From positions 4,160,001 through 4,224,000 of the forward strand of contig OZ242351.1 in the NCBI GenBank assembly GCA_965208675.1: a stretch of DNA of 64,000 nt, read 5' to 3'. This DNA is from Candidatus Poribacteria bacterium (GTDB lineage Bacteria; Poribacteria; WGA-4E; PCPOR2b). The position numbers and the translations under genes are program-made. Positions 20,410-31,800 of the stretch are shown here, piece after piece; the stretch's first letter is position 1; every line of letters begins with the position of its first letter. Below the pieces are notes generated by a model. The model searched no databases and had not been told where the DNA came from. It was given only the letters and a program-made list of their open reading frames with translations.

Positions 20410-21036
20410 GTGGATATCGCTGTAAAAAAAGTCACTGCATTTGTCACACGGGAACGCAGTGGAGCGAAGGAGTTGCTCGTGTTTAAGCATCCGTCGGCGG
20501 GCATCCAAATCGCTGCTGGAACTGTAGAAGACGGTGAAAGTTTGGAAACTGGTGTAATGCGAGAAGTCTATGAGGAAACCGGTCTGAAGCTAGTCAGGAT
20601 TGAGAAATTTCTCGGTTATATTGGGAACGAGTTGGGAGAAAATGAGAGAGTCGTTTCGAAAACAACCCAAGTTTATAACAAGCCGCGTTTAAACTCGTCC
20701 GTCTGCAAAGAAGAATTGGCTAGAGGGTTAACCGTAAATTACAACGCCACGCACGGTGATTTTACACACATTTCATACATTGAATACGATAGGATTCCCA
20801 ATCCGACATGCGTCCACTACGAGATAACAGGATGGGTTCCGAGTAGAAACCTAAGTCTGCAAAAAGCGAGACATTTTTTCCAGCTTACTACACAGGAAGA
20901 AACAGCAGATGGATGGGAAGTGAAAAGCGATAGAGACCATATTTTCAAGGTGTACTGGACACCGCTGTCGCCGAAGCCGCGGATTGTGCCGCCGCAGGAC
21001 AAGTGGTTGGATTTCGTTTACGAGCAGATACAGTAA
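20410..21036 (+). CDS. Nudix hydrolase with inserted SH3b-like segment
   Basis: Nudix box GTVEDGESLETGVMREVYEETGL; LLVFKHP; RHFFQL. Confidence 0.85.
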   Translation: MDIAVKKVTAFVTRERSGAKELLVFKHPSAGIQIAAGTVEDGESLETGVMREVYEETGLKLVRIEKFLGYIGNELGENERVVSKTTQVYNKPRLNSSVCKEELARGLTVNYNATHGDFTHISYIEYDRIPNPTCVHYEITGWVPSRNLSLQKARHFFQLTTQEETADGWEVKSDRDHIFKVYWTPLSPKPRIVPPQDKWLDFVYEQIQ

Positions 21037-21143
21037 GTTGGTAATAGCTTCTTCGCAGCGTTAGATTCTAAGCAAACCCACGGTTGTTGGTTTGGAACCT
21101 ACCCAATATTGAAGTGATACTAATTCCCAAGGAGAGAACAGGT

Positions 21144-22880
21144 ATGCCGTTTACGACTCGCCCCGTATTGACGGGTACACACGGCGTGGTGACGGCGGGG
21201 CACTATCTGGCGGCGGCAGCGGGATTCCGTATGCTTGAGAAGGGAGGCAACGCGATTGACGCAGGGGTTGCTGCGGGTTTTGCGGTTAACGTGCTTGAAC
21301 CGCAGTCAAACGGAATAGGCGGAGAAGCCCCTATATTAATCTATTCGTCCCGCCAAAAACGGGTCTACGCAATCAACGGACAAGGATACGCCCCAAAAGC
21401 TGCGACTATTGATTGGTTCAAATCCAAAGGGATAAGTTTAATTCCGGGCGATGGATTATTGTCAGCGACAGTCCCCGGTGCGTTTGGTGCGTGGTTGACG
21501 GCCTTGCAGCATTTTGGAAACCTCGGTCTAAAAGACGTGTTGACGCCAGCGATTGAATTGACCGAGGAAGGGTTCCCGATGTATTCTGAGCTCCAAAATG
21601 CCATCGGCAATCTTGCAGATAAATTTCAGCATGAGTGGCCCGGCTCCGCTAGGGTCTATCTACCCCACGATCGTCCACCAATGGTTGGCGAAATCTTCCG
21701 CAATGTGGACTGGGCGAACACGTTCAAGGCTGCAATTGATGTCGAGATAAGAAATCGGCATCTCGGACGCGAAATGGCAATTGAGGCTGCGCGCGATTAC
21801 TTTTACAACGGAGAAATTGCCGAACGAATTGTCGAATTTACACAGCGTACGAAGATTCGCGATGTTAGCGGTCAAGAAAATTATGGATTGCTCGCGCCGG
21901 ATGACTTCCACATGTATCAGACAAAAGTCGAAACTCCGGTAACATTGAGCTATCGCGGTTACGATGTATTCAAGTGTGACACGTGGTGCCAAGGTGCGGT
22001 GTTTTTGCAGCAGTTGTCGTTGCTTGAAGGATTTGACCTTTCATCAATGGGGCACAATTCGCCCGACTACATCCACACCGTGGTTGAATCTGCGAAACTA
22101 GCCTTCGCCGACCGGGAGAAATATTACGGCGACCCCGATTTTGTGGCGGTCCCGCTGAATCGATTACTCTCGAAAGCGTATGCTGCTGAACGGCGCGGGC
22201 TCATCCGAGCGGGACAAGCGTCAATGGACCTTCGCGCCGGAGATTCGCCGCCGATTGAATTGGAACCTGGGGAATCACATCCGGATGTCTATACGGGTGA
22301 TACGACCCATCTGGACGCGATCGACTGTGAGGGCAATATGATCGCTGCGACCCCGAGCGGTGGTTGGATTCCGTCCTCTCCAGTTATAGATGGGTTGGGT
22401 TTTCCACTAGGAACACGCGGGCAGATGTTCTATCTGGATGCCAACCATGCGAATGCACTTGCACCGCGCAAAAGACCGCGCACGACACTGACGCCCTCTC
22501 TGACAATGAAAGACGGCGCGCCGTTTATGGTTTTCGGGACACCGGGCGGAGATTGCCAGGATCAGTGGACATTGCAGTTTTTCCTCAACTTCGTCGATTT
22601 TGGCATGAATCTACAAGAAGCCATTGATGCGCCGAATTTTCACACGCGCCATTTCCCCAATTCTTTTTATCCGCACAACGCCGAGCCCGGCAGCGTAGTG
22701 CTTGAGGGGCGTATTCCTGAACCGGTAAGGGTCGCACTTGCAGACCGTGGACATCAAATTACGGTTGCGGGAGATTGGAGCCACGGTAAAGTGCTCGGGA
22801 TTACCTTTGATTCAAGGACCGGCGTGATTTCCGCGGGTGCATCACCCCGTGCTCAGATAGCTTATGCGATGGGGCGGTGA
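21144..22880 (+). CDS. ggt: gamma-glutamyltransferase family protein
   Basis: GGNAIDA, GIGGE, TVPG, AFADRE, DTTH autocleavage Thr, PRTTLTP, FGTPGGD. Confidence 0.93.
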   Translation: MPFTTRPVLTGTHGVVTAGHYLAAAAGFRMLEKGGNAIDAGVAAGFAVNVLEPQSNGIGGEAPILIYSSRQKRVYAINGQGYAPKAATIDWFKSKGISLIPGDGLLSATVPGAFGAWLTALQHFGNLGLKDVLTPAIELTEEGFPMYSELQNAIGNLADKFQHEWPGSARVYLPHDRPPMVGEIFRNVDWANTFKAAIDVEIRNRHLGREMAIEAARDYFYNGEIAERIVEFTQRTKIRDVSGQENYGLLAPDDFHMYQTKVETPVTLSYRGYDVFKCDTWCQGAVFLQQLSLLEGFDLSSMGHNSPDYIHTVVESAKLAFADREKYYGDPDFVAVPLNRLLSKAYAAERRGLIRAGQASMDLRAGDSPPIELEPGESHPDVYTGDTTHLDAIDCEGNMIAATPSGGWIPSSPVIDGLGFPLGTRGQMFYLDANHANALAPRKRPRTTLTPSLTMKDGAPFMVFGTPGGDCQDQWTLQFFLNFVDFGMNLQEAIDAPNFHTRHFPNSFYPHNAEPGSVVLEGRIPEPVRVALADRGHQITVAGDWSHGKVLGITFDSRTGVISAGASPRAQIAYAMGR

Positions 22881-23002
22881 TTGGGAAACGGCTTTCTGGT
22901 TACAATAATTGTTGGATATTGGTTTTGACGCACTGAACAATAGCTGTTGGTATTGTTGCTTAATTTGAAATCCATAGTGGATCATAATTGGAGGTCATAA
23001 AG

Positions 23003-24475
23003 ATGTGTTTTAGTCATGAAAACCGCAAATTCAGACGAGCACAAGAAATTTTGGTTCTAATTTCTGTCGTCTTTTGGTTAGTAACAACCCTTAACTCAGA
23101 GAGTTTAGCGGCGTACGATTGGACAGATCAGATTGCCGCCTTCAAGCCGATGGTCGTGAATGTGGAAACCTCTTCAGAAGTTGTATTTGAAGCGGAATCG
23201 AAGGGTACAAACTTCGCCACAGGTTTCATCGTTGATGCGGCGCGAGGCATAATCGCCACTAACCGGCATGTCACCGGCAGCAGCCCATCTTACGTGAAGA
23301 TTAATTTTTTCGACGGCAGTTTTACAGAGGCGGAGATACTCTACTATGATCCGACCCACGATTTCGGTTTTTACCGAATCAATTCTGAAGAGGTACAGTT
23401 TGAGCTGCAAGCCGTGAAAACAAACTCGTGGCGCAGCCTGTCTTTGGGCGATGAATTGCTATTGATTGGCAACAACGAGAAGGAAGAATATTCAATCAAG
23501 TTTGGAAGAGTTGCAAATCTTAACGTCAACAAAGGCGATCGGCACTCCAGCTACATCCACGCGACGTTTGACCGAACGGGCGGAGCTAGCGGGAGTCCAG
23601 TCTGGAACACCAAAGGTGAGGTCATTGCCATCCATGCGCGCGGGACAGACACTTCAAGTTTTGAGCTGCCGATCGACTATTTGACGGATGCCCTAACGAA
23701 AATCCAGAATCAGATTCCGATCCAACGCGGGGAAATCGGGGTGGATTTGGAACTTATCTCCATTGGTGAGGCGATTAAGCATTTCAGACTCCCGGAGTCT
23801 TCGCGTGATGAAATTGGACCATCAGAGACTGGGACACCTAAAGTTATTCAGGTTGAATCAATTATTCCGCGGACAACCGGAGAGATGCATCTACGGGCGT
23901 CGGACATTGTCTATCGAATCAATGGAAAACTCATCCGCGACGAGCTATATACATTCGACGCCATTTTAAATGAAAGTGTGGGAAAGAATGTGATGCTGGA
24001 CATCTATCGTAACGGGGAGGCAATGTCGGTTGAGATGCCGGTAGAAGACCTCGAGTCGAAAAAAATTCGCCGGTTTGTCCGCTTCGCAGGTTCAATAGTT
24101 CACGACATTACACCTAGCTTGAGACGGATGCTCTACTTTGAGGCCGACGGCGTTTACTTGACCCATGCGGTTGCCGGCAGCAGTCTTTCGCGCATCGGAC
24201 TGCGCGAGCGCAATGGGAATTCGAAAGTGGTGATTTTGGAAATCAACGGGCGGCCAATTCGAGATTTGGACGATTTTATAGACGCTTGCAAGGAGATTTC
24301 GGATGGGCAACACACGTACATGGTCATCCGTGATTTTAATCTGTTTGACAGCTCACCGACTCCCAAAAGTGTGACCGTAAATCTGAAATTCGGTCCGCTA
24401 CAGGTGTTCTTATGGAATGAGCAAATGCTTGACTGGCAAGAGGCGGGAATTGAAGACGAAACAGCGTCGAAATGA
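23003..24475 (+). CDS. secreted trypsin-like serine protease with two PDZ-like domains (Nma111/DEG7-like)
   Basis: ATGFIVD...IATNRHV (His), YYDPTHDFGF (Asp), GGASGSPV (Ser); GGAGG RBS before ATG 23003. Confidence 0.85.
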   Translation: MCFSHENRKFRRAQEILVLISVVFWLVTTLNSESLAAYDWTDQIAAFKPMVVNVETSSEVVFEAESKGTNFATGFIVDAARGIIATNRHVTGSSPSYVKINFFDGSFTEAEILYYDPTHDFGFYRINSEEVQFELQAVKTNSWRSLSLGDELLLIGNNEKEEYSIKFGRVANLNVNKGDRHSSYIHATFDRTGGASGSPVWNTKGEVIAIHARGTDTSSFELPIDYLTDALTKIQNQIPIQRGEIGVDLELISIGEAIKHFRLPESSRDEIGPSETGTPKVIQVESIIPRTTGEMHLRASDIVYRINGKLIRDELYTFDAILNESVGKNVMLDIYRNGEAMSVEMPVEDLESKKIRRFVRFAGSIVHDITPSLRRMLYFEADGVYLTHAVAGSSLSRIGLRERNGNSKVVILEINGRPIRDLDDFIDACKEISDGQHTYMVIRDFNLFDSSPTPKSVTVNLKFGPLQVFLWNEQMLDWQEAGIEDETASK

Positions 24476-24487
24476 GCGTCATTCGAG

Positions 24488-25234
24488 TCACTGGATTTTC
24501 AACGATGCGGCGTTTGATTCGAGTTCTGCCGTGCCCCTGAGAGAATTCATGGGCAGGAAAATTTGGTCAAGTTTGCCCTCCATTTTACTTCGCATGAATT
24601 CAATCTCTTCCCGCAACTGAGCGACAGCCTGCTGTTTTTCGGAGGCGGGCAGTTTGGGTGAGTTTTGTATGGCTGCGATTTCACGTTCATACTCAATGAT
24701 TTGCGGCGACTGATCTTGCAGAGATTCTCGATAGACTTTCAGAATCATCCTTACCTGTACCGTATAATCGCCCCGATCCAGTTTGTAATGGGTATTCAGA
24801 TTCTCCAATACAGCGTTTCGTACTGTACCCGCCTTCAAATCCGCACCTCGAATGCAACTGACATGGCTACCCTCCCGCATCAAGGTTTTTGGTTTATCAT
24901 CCAAGGCAATTGAACGCTTAGGTTTAACAATTTCACCCATCGCATTTTTTACGACCAAGTTTGTGAATACGCTTTCCCCTTCAACGGCAGCATAAGGCAC
25001 AAGCAAATCGAATTTCCCCACATGAATTTGCAGCTCAAGAGGGATAGTTTCATCGACGGAATAAATGGGTTTCGATGACGATAAGTTGAGTTCCAAAATT
25101 GTTGGCGGATTGTCCGCCGAAGTGGTTTGAATCTGCACCGGCGTTTCGGACGACCCACCCAAACAACCGATAACAGAGACGCTACAAATGACAAGAAAAA
25201 CATAGTGTACATTAGGTTGAGGTTGAAGTTTCAT
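24488..25234 (-). CDS. putative lipoprotein
   Basis: Lipobox VIGC, Ig-like body with inserted coiled coil; AGGAG RBS. Confidence 0.7.
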   Translation of the reverse strand: MKLQPQPNVHYVFLVICSVSVIGCLGGSSETPVQIQTTSADNPPTILELNLSSSKPIYSVDETIPLELQIHVGKFDLLVPYAAVEGESVFTNLVVKNAMGEIVKPKRSIALDDKPKTLMREGSHVSCIRGADLKAGTVRNAVLENLNTHYKLDRGDYTVQVRMILKVYRESLQDQSPQIIEYEREIAAIQNSPKLPASEKQQAVAQLREEIEFMRSKMEGKLDQIFLPMNSLRGTAELESNAASLKIQ

Positions 25235-25297
25235 TGAGCTCTCCTTGTTTAAACCTGCATTCGCGCGGAAGTTCTACTGTTACCTTATTCCATACCT

Positions 25298-26740
25298 TTA
25301 GATAACAAACATTTGCATGAATTCGTTAACTGTTGCAGCTTCCAACCGTTTCTGGTCTAAACAGAGATTTGCGATAACTTCCACCCGCTTTGCAGGGAAA
25401 CGGGACGCTAGGTTGGCGATGAATTTTTCCTCCAACAGTGGAATGCCTTCGTTTCGCCTCCGCCGGTGTCCTATTGGATATTCGATGGCGGCCTTTTCAG
25501 TCGTAGAGCCATCCACGAAGCGGATTTGAAGGGCATTTGCGATGGAGCGTTTCTGGGGATCGAGGTAGTCTTTGCTGTATGCGGGCGATTCCTCCACGAC
25601 CATCTTTTCCCGTAAGATGTCGATGAGGGGTTCGCGCGCGATTTTATCTTCGTAGTGGTCGGCGGTCAACTCTCCGTAGATAAGCCCAACCGCTACCATA
25701 TATTGTAGGCAGTGATCTCGATCCGCGGGATTGTTTAACGGGCCGGTTTTGTCGATTATACGAATCGCGGATTCGTGGGTCGTAATTGTAATTGTCTCGA
25801 TTTCGTCCAGCCGATCATTTACTTTACTATTCAGCTTAAACGCGCATTCGACGGCTGTCTGGGCGTGAAATTCTGCCGGGAATGAAATTTTGAACAGGAT
25901 ATTTTCCATTACATACGTCCCATAAGGACGATTACGGATAAAAGACTGTCCGTTGAAGAGTACGTCGTAAAACCCCCACTTCGGCACAGACATCGCCGAA
26001 TTATACCCCATTTCGCCTTTCATGGCGGTCAGGGCGAGCCACACCGCGCGGCTTGCCGCGTCCCCCGCTGCCCAAGATTTTCGCGATCCGGTGTTGGGCG
26101 CATGGCGGTAGACCCGCAAATTTCCGCCGTCGATAAAGGCGTTGGACACCGCATTGATGATTTCGTCGGTACCTCCGCCTAGCATCTTTGTGACGACCGC
26201 AGTCGAGGCAATTTTAACGAACAGTACGTGGTCTAATCCGACACGGTTCAAGCTGTTTTCCAGTGCAAGTACACCCTGAATCTCGTAGGCTTTAATCATA
26301 AACGTTAGCACGTCGCGCATCACTAGGGGCGGCCGGCCTTCAGCCACGTTTCTGCGGCTGAGAAAGTCCGCGGTTGCCAAGATGCTGCCTAGATTATCCG
26401 AGGGATGTCCCCACTCCGCCGCGAGCCATGTGTCGTTGTAATCCAGCCATCGAATTAGGGAGCCGATATTGAACGCGGCCTGCACCGGATCCAGCTCAAA
26501 CTGTTGCCCCGGAACGCGGGCGCCGTTCGAAACGTGTGTGCCGGAAATTACCGGTCCCAGGTGTTTCGTGCATTCGGGATAGCGCAGGGCTAGCAAGCCG
26601 CATCCGAGTGAATCAATGAGACAGTGCCGGGCGGTTTCGAAGGCGAGTTGGCTTTCAATTGAGTAGCCCGTTACATACTCTGCGATATCGACGGGTATCG
26701 GGTCGGGTTCAGGGCGGTTTTTGCAAGATGAGGCAGTCAC
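25298..26740 (-). CDS. prpD: 2-methylcitrate dehydratase
   Basis: [69 protein letters not shown]. Confidence 0.97.
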   Translation of the reverse strand: MTASSCKNRPEPDPIPVDIAEYVTGYSIESQLAFETARHCLIDSLGCGLLALRYPECTKHLGPVISGTHVSNGARVPGQQFELDPVQAAFNIGSLIRWLDYNDTWLAAEWGHPSDNLGSILATADFLSRRNVAEGRPPLVMRDVLTFMIKAYEIQGVLALENSLNRVGLDHVLFVKIASTAVVTKMLGGGTDEIINAVSNAFIDGGNLRVYRHAPNTGSRKSWAAGDAASRAVWLALTAMKGEMGYNSAMSVPKWGFYDVLFNGQSFIRNRPYGTYVMENILFKISFPAEFHAQTAVECAFKLNSKVNDRLDEIETITITTHESAIRIIDKTGPLNNPADRDHCLQYMVAVGLIYGELTADHYEDKIAREPLIDILREKMVVEESPAYSKDYLDPQKRSIANALQIRFVDGSTTEKAAIEYPIGHRRRRNEGIPLLEEKFIANLASRFPAKRVEVIANLCLDQKRLEAATVNEFMQMFVI

Positions 26741-27115
26741 AAAACTATTCCCTTTCTGTTTTGGAACATGAAACTTTACGGGATTTATCTTAATATCCAG
26801 ATTCTATATGATTATACCAAAAATCAATGCGCTGGCAATCCAAAAATTACTAAAACTATGTTAGTCACGGAGAAGGTTTACACATTGCTCAGGTATTTAC
26901 AATTAGCGCATGGAAATGCGAGCCGGCGGGTATGGATAATACGGAATTTACTAAAGGGAGTGGAAATGGCAGGTGCCGCTTGGTGTACTAGAAGAGGAAA
27001 CAACGCTGTATTTGAAATTTTTAATAGAGATGGAGGGCAGCTTATCTGAAGGATTGTCCGTCAAAATCGGATATTGGGAGGTACATCGTTGCTACATAGC
27101 ACAAGCGTGCGGCAA

Positions 27116-28321
27116 TTATTCATCCAAAATATAATTTTTCGGGTTCTTCCAACTTTTCTTTTTCGCATGATAGACACCGTAGTGCAAATGCGGACCCGTA
27201 CTTACGCCAGTGTTTCCAACGTAGCCAATGATATCTCCGCGTTTTACAACCTTTCCACGGCGAATTCCCTTTGCAGACTTGTTCAGGTGTCCATACACGG
27301 TTTCCATCTGGCTAGCCTTGTGATCTATCCGAATCACCCTTCCGAGATACCGATCCCGGGTGACCCTTGCTACGACGCCATCAGCAGCCGCCAGCACAGG
27401 TGTGCCTCTACGCGCCCGAATATCCAGTCCTCGATGAAACTGTCGTTTTTTCGTAATCGGGTGGTTACGCCATCCGAATAGCGATGAAAACCAATACGGC
27501 TTCACCTCGTTTCCTTCAGGGTAAATGCTAAGTTTGCCTTTTGCCTTATAGACTGCGTAGGTACGGTTTTTTGCTTTATCAGCTATCCACCAATGGCTAT
27601 TTTCCTTTTCAGTCGAAATTGATACGTCTTGGGAAAGTGCGATTCCATTAGATTTAAACGCCCGACGTAACTTGTCTGAGATATTTTCACCGCTCGGATC
27701 GGTAGGGTTTTCCAAATTGACGGCAAACAGTAATTGGTCGCGCACTTCAATTGGCAAAATTGAGGGCATCTCATTGACGGCTTGGACAGCGTTTGCAACA
27801 TGATCGTAAATTGGTTGAATTTCGTTTTTCAAGCGGAGAATTTGAGTGAGTCTAGAATCGCTTGCGGGGGTATCGTCCGAAAAGCCGGCTTCAATTTCTA
27901 TGCTATGTGCGCCATGGGGTTGTGTTTGAAGTATAGATTCCTGTTCAATATCGTCAAGTATTTCTGCGTCAAATCCAGCGCCACCTTGTCCGAGAATACC
28001 TTTCTCTGTGCTAATCCCTAAAACATGCCGTACTTCATCAGCCATGTTCCGAATCTGCTGCATCTCGTTGTCTAGCGTATTGCGCCAACTCTGTTGTTCA
28101 GTGTTGAGCCGTTCGTTTTCCGAATTTGCAGATTGCAATTTACTATGGATAGCGTGTACCTTGCCCTTTGAATAAATGCCATAGAAAACTCCTCCTAAAG
28201 CGCCAACCAATACAATAAAAGACAGAATTATCAACTTCCGGCAAATATGACGTTCAATTGCAAATTGGCGTATTGGCCCGTTGTCGGATGACATGACAAC
28301 TATGGTATACATATCCTTCAC
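27116..28321 (-). CDS. M23 family metallopeptidase (TM, coiled coil, M23) with an inserted ~80-aa domain
   Basis: H.G.D (HRGLD), YGHL, STGPHLHY; start uncertain (GTG 28321 or ATG 28408). Confidence 0.9.
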   Translation of the reverse strand: MKDMYTIVVMSSDNGPIRQFAIERHICRKLIILSFIVLVGALGGVFYGIYSKGKVHAIHSKLQSANSENERLNTEQQSWRNTLDNEMQQIRNMADEVRHVLGISTEKGILGQGGAGFDAEILDDIEQESILQTQPHGAHSIEIEAGFSDDTPASDSRLTQILRLKNEIQPIYDHVANAVQAVNEMPSILPIEVRDQLLFAVNLENPTDPSGENISDKLRRAFKSNGIALSQDVSISTEKENSHWWIADKAKNRTYAVYKAKGKLSIYPEGNEVKPYWFSSLFGWRNHPITKKRQFHRGLDIRARRGTPVLAAADGVVARVTRDRYLGRVIRIDHKASQMETVYGHLNKSAKGIRRGKVVKRGDIIGYVGNTGVSTGPHLHYGVYHAKKKSWKNPKNYILDE

Positions 28322-28421
28322 GAATTTTCCCCCCCTAATATTACGGTCGCGCAACCTAGATTTTGATGAGGACGAGTTTTGAGGCAATTTTGGAATGTTA
28401 CGATGCATGTTACAATGCGGT

Positions 28422-28450
28422 AGTATAGCACAAATCCTAAATTAAAGCAA
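28422..28450 (-). promoter_or_regulatory. sigma-70-type promoter for the M23 gene
   Basis: Minus strand TTGCTT-17 bp-TATACT with extended TG. Confidence 0.5.
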
Positions 28451-28811
28451 GCCTGTAATTCAAAATAATTGCGTCACAAAATTTACAGTTTTGGTCGACC
28501 TCTTTTATTATCCAGGTTTCATGCGCGTAACGGACAATACGTGTGATGCAGCAGTGAGGTTTCAGTAAACTAACAGTGACACACAATGACGGCTATGATA
28601 TACTATGAATGCCGAATACTGCCAATTGACGGATAAGGATTGGTCTGAGTTTGGTTAACATTTTGATGCCGTGTTATTGAATTCGTGTATTGAATTGGGA
28701 ATCATTTTAGCGGGTGAAGAATCCGATTTGATATTTTCACTAAGTAACGGAGAAAGACTTGCTAATCGCAAAATTCACAATCTGCGATTTTGAGGAGGAA
28801 GCTATTACTCG

Positions 28812-31800
28812 ATGAACCAGTGTCATTTCCGGGCATATATGAGCGCAGATGTTTGCCAAACACACGTTCGCTTTGTTCAATCTTGCATCTCGCAATGGGG
28901 GAGTATACGGGTATTAATTCTACTCATTTTATTTAGTGGTTTTGTATCTGATATATTCGCCGCAACGGGACATTCGGCGGTTCAAGCGGCATCTGATTCC
29001 AATGGGATAACCGTTGAGTTTGACCTGCCCGAACTTGATGTGTCAACTGTAGAACATGCTGGCGTTCAATATCGGTCAGTTCGCTACAAGGAAAGCGGGT
29101 TTACCAATGAAGCAGGCAACCCGCGACTGCCAGTTACACGTGTTATGCTAGGTGTGCCGCCTAACGCGAGTTTTCATATTGAAGTAACTCAAGCGGCATA
29201 CCGGGCACGACGCATTTCTCGAATCTCTCCCGTCCCCCGCCGTGTCCCACAAACAGGTTCAAAAGGCATCCAAAACCTTGTCGATGAGTGGCGTGAAGAT
29301 GGAGTTGCCTATCAGAGCGGCGGCGCCCATTATCCTGAATCGCTAGCGGAAATTGTTTACGAAGGCGCCATCAGATCGCAGCGGGTTATATTACTCGAAC
29401 TTCGGCCTGTCCAATATCAACCACGAACGCGTTCGCTACGGATTTATCCACGCCTAGCTGTCCGTGTACATTTTGATTATACCCCCAATCGCCCGCGTGC
29501 TTCAGGTTTCTCCGGGTCTCCTACAAATCGGTCCCTTTCAATGAGAAGCTCGGTTGAACCGGTAGTGTTCGAGAGAATGTTCCAAAGGCAGTTATTGAAT
29601 TACGATGAAGCGAGGCGATGGCGTGTCCCAAGAGAACAGCGGATACCATCTGCTCCTTCACTCCAACACCCAACTGTGGATGGCCGGTACAAGATTCTCA
29701 TTGACAAAACCGGCATATACCGCCTGACAAGTGAAGAATTGCTCCGGTCGTGGAATGTAGATTTGAGGGATATTGATCCTCGATATCTTCATCTGCGGCG
29801 TTACGGCGCAGATCACGGCAACGCGGGTCAAGAAATCCCAATGTACATTCAAGGCGAAACGGACGGGCGATTCGACATCGGTGACTACCTTGAATTTTTT
29901 GGCTTGGATGCCGCGAGTAGATATACGCGCTGGAATGTTTACTGGTTAACCGTAGAGCGGACACGCGGTAAGCGGGTCGCAGAAATTAACGCACACCCTG
30001 GCGATCCGCGCGCGAAGACCGTCCCCGTTTTTCGATCTAAGGTTGTTTTCGAGGAAGACCATCTAACTAGCAACCTGGAGCATGTTTCACCAGCAGTTGT
30101 ATCACCCGGGAACAAGCACGGTTGGTTCGAGTCACTTGACTTCTGGTACTGGACGGGAATCAAAAACGCGGGGGACTACAATGACGATAATTTAGAATTT
30201 CCGCTCTATGACCTTACCCAGAGTTTTGTCCAACCTAAAATACGGGTTTTGCTGCAAGGGGGCGCCCCGACAAGGCATGAGATTCTAGTATCAGTAAATG
30301 GGATAAGGATTGACAATGCGAAGTGGTCTGACCAAAATGTTGCGGCGGTCGAACGCACACTACGTGCTTGGGACAATTTGCGGGATTTCTCCAAGAACGA
30401 ACGGAATGTGCTCACGATAACGCGGGTAGATACGACAACGGAGGATGATACGACCCGGTATCCCTACCATGCGTACATTAATTCCTTTGAAGTTGAGTAC
30501 ACACGCCTGTTAAAAGCAGTGAACGATTACCTTGCATTCTCCTCCCCAGCTAGTACAGATACGTACGCTGTTCGCAAACACCGCACGCTGGAATACACAG
30601 TTCAGAGTTTCCTCTCGCCGGATGTGGAGATTTTTGAATACGACAGCGAGAATTTAACTGCAAAGCTGCAAAACCCCAAAATAGACAGAGTGCATCTGAA
30701 TCGAGCTGACCGTGATCGCTTACGCCTAATCACTCAAGAAAGCCGTGATGTAGGAGAAGGGCAGGAACAGATTATATCTCTAGGGGATATTCCACGCGCC
30801 GCTTACAATGCAACCTTTCACGCACCGGATTCTCACGATGCCAAATTCTTAGCGGTTTCGTCTGCGGGCGTGCGCAGGCCGGTTGATGTCGAGTATGTTC
30901 CTCCTACTGATTTACTGTCACCGTCCAACGGTGCCGACTATCTGATAATTAGCCATCCGGTGTTTAGTGAAGCGTCCCATAAATTAGCTGAATGGCGATC
31001 GGCTTCAAAAGGCGGCGGACACCGCGCGAAGGTGGTTGATGTTAACCAGATTTATAACACCTTTAGCAACGGCATGGTGGACCCAAAAGCCATTAAGGCA
31101 TTTCTGACTTACGCGTATAAGCACTGGGAACAACCAGCGCTCTCTTATCTTGTTATCATGGGAGATGGGACGTTCGATTACCGCGGCACGGACGAAGAGA
31201 TTTATCCTGATGCTCCGGAACTGCTGGGATATATCCCGACTCACTACATTTGGACAAGCTCATTTGGGCGAACTTCAATCGATCATTGGTATGCAACGGT
31301 GAGCGGGATTGACGAACTTGCGGATTTCTACGTTGGACGGCTTAGTGCAGAAACGCCTGAATCCGCCAATGAGATAGTCGAAAAAATCATCAACTACGAG
31401 GGAACCAGACCGAACGGAAGCTGGCGGCGGCAGATTATCTCAGTTGCGGATGACGAAGTCAATAACTCTGGTGATTTCATTTTCAAGAAAAGCTTGACCG
31501 AAGTTGCGCAGAGCCACACATTACTGGGTTATGAAACAAAACGGATCTTTCTCGAAGACATTATTAAGGAGGTTAATGCGAATCCCGAAGCATACGGCAG
31601 CAAGCTGCCTAAGCACGTTGCGAAGGATTTGATTATCGACACAATGGGCAAAGGTGCAGTCATTGCCCAATACGCTGGTCATGGCGGAAGGATTGTTTGG
31701 GCGCACGAGGCTATATTCGATAACGCGTCAGTCGACCGGGTTGATCAGACAGAGCATCTTCCGTTTATGCTTGTTTTGAGCTGTTATAACGGTTACTTTG

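Noticed and set aside
26768-27049. 93-aa ORF between prpD and the M23 gene
   Set aside because: No RBS or motif, overlaps the prpD promoter region; cannot be supported
27500-27745. Intein in the M23 peptidase
   Set aside because: No Cys/Ser start or His-Asn end, and too short
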